From the NCBI RefSeq assembly GCF_009914755.1, contig NC_060926.1: a stretch of DNA of 64,000 nt; one strand, given 5' to 3'. This document shows, piece after piece, positions 41,041 to 64,000 of this stretch. Positions within the stretch are counted from its first letter, which is position 1. Each line of letters begins with the position of its first letter. This DNA is from the human T2T-CHM13v2.0 reference genome, Homo sapiens. The notes below the pieces were generated by a model that saw only the letters and a program-made list of their open reading frames with translations, did not search any database and was not told where the DNA came from. A program made the translations under genes and the position numbers.

Positions 41041-41087
41041 AATACCTGTATGAGAAAGAATAGTACCATAAATCCAGGCATCTTAGT

Positions 41088-41378
41088 CCATCATTTCCCC
41101 AAGTGTTCTTTGGAACTCTAGTCCCACAGGATTTTAGTAGATGTGATTCCCCCTCAAAATTTTAAGTTCCTTTAATCAAATGAGAATGCCAGACAGTTCA
41201 ATGGGTTTCTAAACTAGAGAGATTTCTGGTGGTTTTAATATTTTAATGTGCACTGGGAATTTCTGAGGTAGATATTATATACAAGCGCTTTCCAAATGTA
41301 TTCAACCATGAAACCCTTTTTCCAATGGAACATCTTACAAGACATGTGTTCCACAGCACATACTTTGGGAAATGCTGA
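41088..41378. mobile_element. hAT-Charlie-type MITE
   Basis: Imperfect inverted termini catttccccaagtg ... tactttgggaaatgctg. Confidence 0.55.
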
Positions 41379-41778
41379 CCTAAACCAGATTTTTGGTTTA
41401 TAGTAAAGGAAGCTGTAGCTTAAGGCATGAAGTGACTTGTCTAAAGTTAAACAGCTATTACTAGAAGATACTGGACTAAGGTCCAGTATCTTCTGACCCC
41501 AGTCACATTCTCTTTCCAGTACATACTGCTTTATGAGTTACAAACTCAATTCCAGCACCTTCCACCAATCATGGGGAGAGGAATAAAAAATTATGGAATA
41601 TATCGTTTTAAATGATGTTTCCAATCAGTCATTTTTAAAGATATGCTAATTTTTAATGGTTAATATTTTACATAAGATAAAAAGATTTGTACATTGGAGA
41701 AGTGGGACCGATTATCACCTTCATATGATCTTTCTGATAATTGAACAGGAGACTTATAAAATTAAATTGCCTAACTAA

Positions 41779-43600
<1,822 letters not shown>

Positions 43601-43947
43601 GCAAAAACACTATTATTAATCCATTTATCAAATTAATTGCATTTATTTATTTAATATTCACTGCGTCTCCAGCTGTGTCTAGAATCTCTAGAGAAATACA
43701 TGAAATAGTCTCTGATTTTTAAAAATCATTCCACCCATCGTTGACAAGGATGGGAAGAAATAGGCACTCTCACACCTGCAAGTGGGAATATAAATCATTG
43801 CAACCTTTTTCTATAGGGCAGTTTGGCAACAGATATTCAAAGGAGTAAGAACAAAACATTAGCTGGGATATTGTGGGATGATGACAAATATTTGGAAAGC
43901 CCCTAAATGTCTAACCATGGGAGGTTGTTTAAGAAAATGAAGGCTGT

Positions 43948-44625
<678 letters not shown>

Positions 44626-44856
44626 TTACAAACATTATGTACAATATGAACCCATGAGAAAACATATGGGAAAAACCTAGAAGGAAATGCAAGAAGACAA
44701 AGTGTTTATTGCAGAGTGGTATGATTGTGGTACTTTCTTTTCCTACTTTATCTTTTAACAACAAATTTGTATTCTTTAATTGACAATTAAATGAATTGCA
44801 CTGTCGATATTTATGAAGATAAATCTCTTAAAATGTTGAGGAAAACAACAATATAA

Positions 44857-45196
<340 letters not shown>

Positions 45197-45676
45197 TGAT
45201 TTTACTTTAAAAGGGGATCTCTACATTCAAGAAATTTTACTCACGAGACAAGAACATATGAAATAACCAGAGAACAACTAAATATTAAGCTCTGATACAG
45301 ACTGTAAGTACAGTAGGAGTTAAGGGAAGAGGGAATTCAACAGACGTTAAAGCAGGTTAAGATAACTTCATGGAAAAAATGATACTTAGCTGACACTTAG
45401 AATCTGAATGCCAAGAGGAGAAACAGAGTTAGGGGTAGTAATACAGGGGTGAATCAAGGGCCTCATATGGCCCAAATCAGAGACATCTCATTCCTCCCAG
45501 TCAAACATTAACAACTGCAGAACACTTGATCCTTGCCTTTAAGTATATTTCTGCTTCTTGCATGTGAGATTTAAATACCCTACATAATATAAATACGTAG
45601 TAAACAGAGTATGACATACCTACACCTAATAAAACAATTATTTTAGTTGTTTTTTTCTAAAGAGTAGCCCTTTTGG

Positions 45677-45977
45677 GCCAGGCACGGTGGTTCACGCCTG
45701 TAATCCCAGCACTTTGGGAGGCCGAGGCAGGTGCATCACCTGAGGTCAGGAGCTCAAGATCAGCCCGGCCAACATTGCTGAAACCTCATCTCTACTAAAA
45801 ACGCAAAAAAATTAACTGGGCATGGTGAGGCCACCTGTAGTCCCAGCTACTCAGGAAGCCGAGGCAGGAGAATCGCGTGAACCTGGGTGGCAGAGGTTGC
45901 AGTGAGCCAAGATCGCACCACTGTACTGTAACCTGAGCGACACAGCAAGACTCCATCTCAAAAAAAAAAAAAAAAAA
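45677..45977 (+). mobile_element. Alu
   Basis: TSD similar to agtag(c/t)ccttttgg. Confidence 0.92.
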
Positions 45978-46751
45978 GTAGTCCTTTTGGGGAGGCTTTT
46001 TATCTGCAAAATCTATAAAACTGGACATTTCCAGGTATTTACTTAGAACTAATACAAACTATTATGCAAGAGCAGTTATCACAATAACCTGAATCCTTGT
46101 GAATGTTCTGACGTCCGTACCAGTCAGACCACAAATGAATTCAACCAACCAGAACTCAGCAATTATCTGATTACACACACGTTAGAGTGCAATTATTAAG
46201 CCAGCTTTCCAAGGTGATAACTAAACTGCTACTAGTAGTAGTAGCTATACATATTAGAGTGAGTGAATGACTTGTGTTTAGTACCTAATAATAAACCAAA
46301 AATATTACACCCATCTCAAAAATGCCTGCAGTGGGAAAGAATGGCAGAACCTGAACTTCCATCTTTTTTGTTTGTTTGTTTTTTCAGTAAACACTGGGAA
46401 AAATTGTTTTATTAGAGCTGAAGAGGTCTAATAACCAATGCAGTAGAGTCCATTTTTAAATGTGCCAGTCATTTTCCCAACTCCACACCCTTGCAATGAC
46501 TATTCATTCCCTCTGTCTAGAATGTCCTTTTTTCCTTCTCTGTTTGGTCTGCTCCTACTAACTACAGTTCAGCTGTCTCCTCTTTCATTCCCAGTTCCCC
46601 TAGATAAAGCTATTTGCTACATCCTATGTGTTCTCAAAAAACTTTGCACATTGGTATTAGAACGTTTCGTGCATGCGTCTGACTCCTCCGAAAAACCATG
46701 AGTTCTTCAAAGGGCAAAGACTGTGACTTACTCAGACATATATTTTCTTAA

Positions 46752-47135
<384 letters not shown>

Positions 47136-47338
47136 AGAAGTCTGGCAACATTTTGAAGATAGATCGGATAAGGAAAACAATCAGAAGGCTGGTTGTATTA
47201 ATGCAGGCATGAAATGATGAGAAATGAGAAAGCAGGGAAATTGAATTACATTTGGAAAAACTGACAGACACAGGTGACAGATTGGACAAGGGTAAGAAGA
47301 TTGGACAGATTGGACAAGGGTGAGAAGAAGAAAAGTCC

Positions 47339-47736
<398 letters not shown>

Positions 47737-47936
47737 CTAACCATAAGGACAGCTGAAAGGCATGTGAGTTCAGTTTTGGACAAGTTGTATTTGAAGTAAT
47801 GGTGGAACATCCAAGTGGATCTGTTGTTTAGCTTGCTGGAAATAAAGAACTGGGTTGTCCTCAAGGCTAAGAATTGTGTCTTTTCAATCACTGAATATCC
47901 AGTCTCTGCCTTCTATCACAGTGTCTAAGACATCAC

Positions 47937-48336
47937 TGGGTTAGTTTCCTAGGGCTGCTATAACAAAAAGACACAGACTCAGTTGCTTACACAACAGAAA
48001 TTTACTTTCTCCCAGTTCTGGATGCTGGAAGTCCGAGATAAGCTGTTGGCAGGCTTGGTTTCTTCTGAGGCCTCTCTTCTTGGCATGCAGGTGGCCGTCT
48101 TCTCCCTGTGTCTTCACATGATCATCCCTCTATGCAGTCATGTGTCTAGTGTCTCTGTATCCTAATCTCTTCTTAAAAGAATGCCAATAGTACTGGATTT
48201 GAGCTTACCCCACCTACCCCATTTTAACTTAATTACTCCTTTAAAGGCTGTATCTCCAAATACAGTCACATTCTGAGGTACTAGGGGTAAGGGCTTTGGC
48301 AAACAAATTTTGGGGGGACACAATTCAGCCTGTAAC
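47937..48336 (-). mobile_element. MLT1A/B-type LTR
   Basis: ttagtttcctagggctgctataacaaa...ctccaaatacagtcacattctgaggtact...ggggacacaattcagcctgtaaca. Confidence 0.85.
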
Positions 48337-48696
48337 AGTTACCCAATAAATATTGTTGAATTGAAGGGTGTGTTTCCAAGGTGAAAAGTCAAGAATGAAG
48401 AGGTAAATACACATAGATGGTGGCCATAAAGACTGGAAATACAGGTACACATATACATATATATTCTATATAATAAATGGTTTATTGATATATGATGTGT
48501 TCAATGACATTACATATGTTTAAAGTGTTGTTCCTTATTAACAATAAGTAAATGCACTGTACAAAATTGCAATGAATGTGGCTCATTAATGCAGTCTTTT
48601 CATCACCCCCTGCATATTCATCAGAGATTCTTTGCTTCAGATGATTTGTGTCTGAGATTTTCATTGAATAAATGTGCAAATTTTTTTTATTCATAA

Positions 48697-49106
<410 letters not shown>

Positions 49107-49753
49107 TAAGCAAAATGTGCTTTTATGGAAGTTTCAAAGACCTGTTATTTAATGAAAAGCATTTTTAGGTTCTCCGAATATTATACGTTTAGCATTTAAC
49201 ACATTTTTCCTTTATAATTCATTTAGAGGAGTGATAAGTGCCTCATGATCATGTTTGTATGATTCTTTGAACTATTTGAGAAAGGCCATTTGAAAAATAT
49301 ATCATGGAAAAACAAAGTAAACAGATGCATAGCTGATCACTAGAACTTTTGTTCAGTTATGCACTTTGAGGCAAGGCTATGCCAAAGAACATGACATCAC
49401 CTAAGTGCTGTCACCGAGTCCCATCAGTCATGCCTTTCAAATATCCCTAGATTGTCTCTTCCTCACTGTTCTGTCTGCCACCACCTCTCTTGAAACCTTC
49501 ATCATCTCATACCAGGGGTTTGCAGAAGCCTGTGGGCTGGTTTCCTGTAAACCTCTCCTCCCTTTGAAACAGTCCTAACCAATCTGGCACTACTGGGACC
49601 ACTTTTGCACCATTTTTCTGTTTAAAAAACAACAAAAAAGATGTACAATGTTTTTATTTTGAAAAATACACATCAGCAAACACCCTGTACAGTAGGAGTC
49701 TGATATTGTTGAAAACAAAAAACTCAAGCCCATAAAGGTGAATATATATTTAT

Positions 49754-50550
<797 letters not shown>

Positions 50551-50969
50551 TAGACATACACCAATGCACAGTATACATGAAAAAAGAAACTGAAAGAAAG
50601 TATACCAAATACTAATGGGTTGATGATTTCTAGGTTAATAACTTTAGATGATTTTAATTTTTACTTCTTTGTGTTTGAGCAATATTTCGTTTTCAAAATG
50701 ATCTTGCATTACTTTTGTATTTATAGAGAGCATCAACAACAAAAAACAATTCAATAAATGTTACTATAGGGGACATCTGCTATTTCCTCTGCCCTGCTCT
50801 TTTTTCTTCTGGAGACAGCACATTTCTTTTGGAACTGCTCCTCCCAACCCAGCCCCTAACTCAACCCTGTAGTTCTTAGGGATGCTGGCAATCAAAGTAC
50901 CTCTTTCTTTACCCTGGTTGTAGAGGAGACCATGTGATCCACACTAAGGTAACCAAAGGCATTCCCACA

Positions 50970-51118
50970 TTCCTTCCTTCCTTCCTTCCTTCCTTCCTTC
51001 CTTCCTTCCTTCCTTCCTCCCTCCCTCCTTCCTTCTTCCCTCCCCTCCCCTCTCCTCCCCTTTCCTCTCTCCTCCTCCTCCTCCTTCTCCTCCTCCTCCT
51101 TCTCTCTCTCTCTCTTTC
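50970..51118. repeat. Pure polypyrimidine tract, (CCTT)n/(CCT)n/(CT)n
   Basis: 149 consecutive pyrimidines, read directly. Confidence 0.95.
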
Positions 51119-51714
51119 AGCTGGAATTAGGAAAAAAATTCTATGATGAGACTCTCAGGAAAATGCAAACCAGAAAATGTTGGTGACTATGGCGCTAATG
51201 TCATAGAAAACATGAAAGCAAAGCAAAGATGAGGAAAACAGAGAGAGAGAGAATCCTATCGGTATTTGCATCCTTGGTTCAGGTTGTCGGAGGACCAATT
51301 CTATTTCCCTTCTTCCCTAGGTTTGGATATATAAACAAATAGATTCCCTTTTCTGCCAAAACTGGCTGTTTGTATCATTTGCAACAAGAGTCAGGATTAA
51401 AATAGGAATGTTTTTAAGCCTGCAACAATTCCTTGTTTCTTGTAACAGTTTCCAATTAGCTCCTCTGACTGGCTTCAAAGCTGGTCATAACCCCCTCCTT
51501 CTCTTGCCTCCACTCAGCTGACCTCATCTTTTCTTACTCAGTTCATGGAGTTTGTTTTTGTGGCTTTGCTCTTCTTAGTCTCCTTGTCTGGACTATCTTC
51601 ATTTCCCCCTCCCTGCCCATCCAAATCCTATCCAACCTTCCCAGCCACTCCCAGTACACATCCATGAAACATTCCCCAAATCAGCCACAGAATTCCCTTT
51701 CATAATGTTTATAA

Positions 51715-52929
<1,215 letters not shown>

Positions 52930-53012
52930 TGTATAATGTATTTCTATGGTAGTTCTAAAAAAGTCTTTTTAAAATGGATTAAGGGTAATTTTGCCTAAAA
53001 GTAAGGAATTGA

Positions 53013-53449
53013 GGCTGGTTGTGGTGGCTCACGCCTGTAATCCCAGCACTTTGGGAGGCCAATGCTGGTAGATCACAAGGTCAGGAGTTCAAGACCAGCC
53101 TGCCCAAGATGGTGAAACACCGTCTCTACTAAAAATACAAAAATAGGGCCGGGCGCGGTGGCTCACGTCTGTAATCCCAGCACGTTGGGAGGCCGAGGCG
53201 GGTGGATCACGAGGTCAGGAGATCGAGACCATCCTGGCTAACACAGTGAAACCCCGTCTCTACTAAAAATACAAAAAATTAGCCGGGCGAGGTGGCGGGT
53301 GCCTGTAGTCCCAGCTACTCGGGAAGCTGAGGCAGGAGAATGGTGTGAACCCCGCAGGGCGGAGCCTGCAGTGAGCCGAGATTGCGCCACTGCACTCCAG
53401 CCTGGGTGACAGAGCGAGACTCCATCTCAAAAAAAAGAAAAAAAAAAAA
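53013..53449 (+). mobile_element. Alu left monomer followed by a full AluY (trimer)
   Basis: One 16-bp TSD aaaagtaaggaattga (52997-53012 and 53450-53465) flanks the whole unit. Confidence 0.9.
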
Positions 53450-54656
53450 AAAAGTAAGGAATTGAATAAGATGGCCCCATCTTCAAGGCACTACCAGGGA
53501 TGAAAGTGCAGGAGAAGAACAAGCGTGCATGACAGCTCTCATTTTCTCTTTTTAAAAAAAATTTAAAATTTCTTATATTAATGTCATGTATTTAAAAATT
53601 TTTTTTTCTTATTTAGTAGGACTTCAGAATGACACAGAAAAACAAACATCTCTCATTGTCAAGACATACCCACCCTTTTCCCCAGAGGCAAACCCAGTTC
53701 TCTTTTTCCTCCAGGGAATCCAGCATAGACCTCTCTATGTGTTTAGGAGTTTGGAAAAAAAGACCAAGAAGGGAAGTATCTTGGAAGCCACTTCTGCTTT
53801 CCTCCTTGTGACATATTAATATTCCCTGCAGCAAAGAAGCACGGGGCCTACTATCTTCCTGAATATGGGACAAGAAAGAGGAAAATACACAGAGAACGCC
53901 ATAAATACCTATCTCAAAAGCTCCATCCTCCCACACAGTCAAATTGCGCAAGCTTGCTCAGCTGAGTTAACAGGGAGACTCTTTTGCCTGCAAACAGGTC
54001 AATCACCAGTAAGCCATTATACTTGATACCTACCCTCTTCTACAAATTAACTTAGAAATTCTGATTGGGAAAGAAAAGTCAAAGGTCAGAGGAATAAAAT
54101 GGGTGCGTAAAATTGTTTTCATAGTTTACATTTATTTTTCCTACAAGTTTAATTCCAGTAGGTAAAATATTAAAAGTATGAGCACCTGTAATCGGGGTCA
54201 ATTGATAAAGTTAGAAAATTCCAGTAGGTATTTTGTCCTTTCAGAGCATGACTCTACCTTTAAAAATGTCAATGAGAATGTAATTTAGATAGTTACGATT
54301 GTACTGTAAGAAGAATCACCTGATGATTTGTAGTAAATACTCTCATGTATATTTACATTTAACTTACATCCACTGATATTTTTTCCTAAAATAATCTGGT
54401 AAAGAGCAAGGCAAGTCACTACAAGCAGTTTCTTCAGTGATATGTTTGCAACTTCTGTAATAACTTTTGCTCTGTAATTATTGCTTTTCTTTTCCTAGAA
54501 GCTCATGTGTTGACAAAGGGAAACATAGGAGTCTCCATTTTGTCTGGAGACTTCTCTGTTCTTCTGCTTTAGTTTTGGATACATTTATGCATATGATAGC
54601 AATGCTAAGTAAAAGTTATATTATAATTAGAATATATGGTAATGTAGGATGAGTAA

Positions 54657-54678
54657 TATGTGTGTGTGTGTGTATGTA

Positions 54679-54716
<38 letters not shown>
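54657..54716. repeat. (TG)n(TA)n microsatellite
   Basis: Read directly. Confidence 0.93.
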
Positions 54717-54927
54717 ACAGAGATTCTTTGCTATTACCACAACAAATCATGGGAAACCACAAGGGCTTTTCATGCATTTTTCTATTTAAAGGGCCGTCTA
54801 TATAGAATATTTGTCAAATCCCTACCATGTACTAAGTGAAAGATTTCTTTCCTAAATATTTTTACCATTTTTCTTACTTATAGTTTATAATTTTATTTAA
54901 TAGAAACATTATTTCCTTTAAGTATTA

Positions 54928-55179
<252 letters not shown>

Positions 55180-56019
55180 TTAATTATATTTCCTTAAACT
55201 TATTCTAAAGAAAAAGATATATACATCTGCCACTAATTACCCATGTCTATATATCATGGTTCATAGAATCTGGGACATTAAAACTGCACACACGGAAGCC
55301 AGCAATTAGCTGTCAGTGTAACGTGAGGATGTGTGTCTGACTTTTTCCTTAAGATTCCAAGAAACAAGAGAAAAACCTTTTTCCTCCAGCATTTTCTGAG
55401 TGGCATAGCAATTGAAGAATAAATCATCTACATCAAAATTTTTATCACATAGAAATGTGTACTCCTAGAGTATTACACAGAACAAAGAATTACCATGGAT
55501 AATTTCTTCTGGACTTTTGGCTTTGCCTGACCTTCTGTCACTCTAATCTTCATCCATCATGTATTGATTCACCAAAAAACTTTTATTGAGAGCTAGTAAG
55601 CTCTCAAATATACTATGAATCAGGTATATTCTTAGAAACATAAAAGCAAATGCAGTCTACGGCCGAAATGCTGAATTGTGTCCCATGGTCACTGTGGGAG
55701 CTCAGTTCTACTAACTAACTTGGTTTGGGGTGGTGGTGGTGAGGGAGGGTGGCTCTGAGTTTCAGATTGACCACTTGGCATAGGGTGGGTGCTTTGAGGG
55801 CTAAGGCAATGGGAAGCGGCTCAACCAGACAGTCTCCTGAGAGTAACAGCCATGCAGTCATGTCAGAGCAATGAGTAGAATCCCAGGCAGGTGGTCTGTA
55901 GTAGGGAGGCCTGGAAGTGTGTAGCACTGCCCTGGTTTGTGGTAGTGCTATTCCTTTTCCCAAGAGGTCAAGAGCCAGATGGATCACAGGCCTAGAGTAC
56001 CTAGGGTGAGAACTATGAA

Positions 56020-56480
56020 GGATAGTATTGTTTACCACCCCAAAGCTTCCCCAGCCTCCTTCCTTTGCTGTGAGGGGTAGCCATGTGATCCAATTCTAAT
56101 GCAAGAACTATTAAAAGATGTCTGTTGGGAGTAAGGGGCAGGCTTTTGAGAAATCTTTTGCTTTCCTGATAAATAGGGTTAAGCATACCTGGCAAGAACA
56201 TTTTTTCTTACTTTTGTTTTCCAGCCTTGAATATGAGCATGCTGCATGCTGCAGCAGTATATAGTGATCAAAGGCAACAAGCCAAGGATGATGGAAGAAC
56301 AAGAGAGAAGCAGGCTGGTTCTTTGACATTGGACAGCCAGAGTCCCAGCCCTGGATGGCCTGTTCCAGACATCTTGTCAAGTGAAAAAAAAAAAAAAAAA
56401 AAAAAAACAAGGAACACTTGTTTGGTTAAGCCACGATTGGGATTTCTGTTGCTTACTGTCAAACATATACCTAATTGAAA
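56020..56480 (+). mobile_element. Old MLT1 (J/K-like) LTR
   Basis: gccatgtgatccaattct; ttgtttggttaagccac...tttctgttgcttac..tcaaac motifs. Confidence 0.6.
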
Positions 56481-56581
56481 TAGAAACAAGGCTAAAACTC
56501 TATGGAAAATAATGAGATGGCTGTGGGGATTCAGCTATTGAGGTGGGAGTAAGAGATGAGAGATGCAGGAAACTAGGATGA

Positions 56582-56937
<356 letters not shown>

Positions 56938-56967
56938 TGATTTTCAGGTTTCTTAGATACCCTATGA

Positions 56968-58362
<1,395 letters not shown>

Positions 58363-58679
58363 CAGGCATGGAGAGTTTTGAGGGCAGAGAAGGAGCCAAA
58401 TCTATGTCTTCTATTGTCAAATTTCTCTTAAAATTTTATCCCATTGTTTGAAAGCTCCAAGATCATGTCTTTCATCATGCAAACCCAAAAGTAAATACTA
58501 TTTTTCTTTTTGGAAAATCACAACATGTCTTTCCTCATTGATAGATTGACTAAAATACCTGTTAAAGTGATTGATCTAAATTACAAAAATGAGAGTCAAG
58601 AGGTCTTACAGAACTAACACCTATGGAGCCCTGTGATTCAGCTGAGAAAAATATGACAATAATAATAAATATAGTATTA

Positions 58680-59916
<1,237 letters not shown>

Positions 59917-60771
59917 TGGTTATTCTTGATATCAAACTTCCAGGCCCACCCAAAGAAAGCTCTGATTTACTAGGTTACATAGAGCTTCATCCAGAAAGAG
60001 CTTGATCCACTGGATAGAGACTGAGGTGTGAATTGTCTCTAACAAAGTTTAAATTCTACTGAAGTTCATTCCTAGAAAGTCTGACCTAGTTGGTTGGCTT
60101 TACACCCATGCAAAGTCATTTTGTTGTTAAAAAGACCTTACTCTATTTCAGACTTGGTTCTTTCAATGGGTTTCCCAAAGAGCTCTTCAGCCAGTGTTCA
60201 GCTATTGACCAAATGGTTGGCTCCAGCCAGAAATCTGATCAGAAACATGACTGAAAGGGAGGCCTTATCTTCAAGCCTAAATGGGAGCTGCACAGAAGTG
60301 ACCATTTTCTCAGGGAGATTGGGTAATTTGGTTGAGAAGGCTTGTCCTCCACCTGTCAGAGGAATCCTCAGTCTAAAGTCATGGTTCTTTCAAGGCCAGG
60401 AACAAGGATTTAGTTGTGGAGACCCTGACACATTTATCATACAGGAAAATAATTAATTCTTCATTCCGAGTACACATAGGCCATGCCAGAGTCTCCCTGT
60501 CCCCACAAAGATCTCTTTACCTGCTTGATTATGCTGAAATTCCTTTCCTTGACAGCTCTTTTCATTGACAATTAGAGATAAAAGACAAATGCCTCATTGA
60601 AGAAGTATCTTGACTGATGCTCATTCATACCACAGTGATAGGCCAATTAATTAACAAGCCTAAGTGACTGATTTGGCAGAAGCTATGACTCCTTGAAGTG
60701 GATGATGAGGTGAAGAGAGGTCTACATAGAACAGGAAGACTGGAATGAGTTTTATTAAAAGGGCAGATGAT

Positions 60772-62646
<1,875 letters not shown>

Positions 62647-62684
62647 TTAATATTAAACATGTTTTTAGACATTATTTTCAAGTT

Positions 62685-63817
<1,133 letters not shown>

Positions 63818-64000
63818 CTCAGGCATCCTATTAAGAGAGTTAGTGAATGGAGTGATTATAACCTAAGATCAATCTTCATCCAGAAAGCATACCCAAGGGT
63901 TGCTAATGGAATTTCAACTAGAACAGGGGTTTTATGTTTTGCCGTGTTGACTCCAACTCTCTCTAGAGTGGCAAAGAAACAGAAAATACCAGGTCTGCCC

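Noticed and set aside
54151-54230. 14-bp direct repeat aattccagtaggta, two copies 66 bp apart
   Set aside because: Only two copies and no recognisable insert between them; not an array, and no CRISPR-like interpretation is tenable in this eukaryotic context.
60094-60456. 120-aa ORF in apparently unique sequence
   Set aside because: Starts at TTG, no recognisable homology, no convincing splice or promoter context; length is compatible with chance.

Overview
Primate (most likely human) genomic DNA, very rich in Alus, with no protein-coding exon that I can support. The organising feature is a CpG island at about 36,590-37,800. It holds a minus-strand, apparently non-coding first exon, with splice donor CGCG|GTGAGT at 37,023/37,022, a (CAGT)10 tract inside the exon and a (CGG)7 tract just upstream. 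Bases 1-37,022 are read as a long first intron and 37,800-64,000 as upstream intergenic DNA. From memory the exon text resembles the 5' UTR of RAPH1 (lamellipodin); this is tentative and not verified by a search. The rest is transposon-derived: roughly 60 Alus, decayed L1/L2/MIR, a complete THE1 (MaLR) LTR-int-LTR element, solo MaLR LTRs, and Tigger/hAT MITEs. Nearly all ORFs in the track are repeat-derived or GC-rich artefacts. I found no convincing novel biological system. The best second-look items are the initiator-like microsatellite at the TSS, a second donor overlapping an ETS site, an unassigned palindromic MITE-like element at 61.2 kb, a chain of overlapping palindromes at 53.9 kb, and nested or twin-primed retrotransposon structures. 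Repeat boundaries and subfamily names are by eye and approximate.
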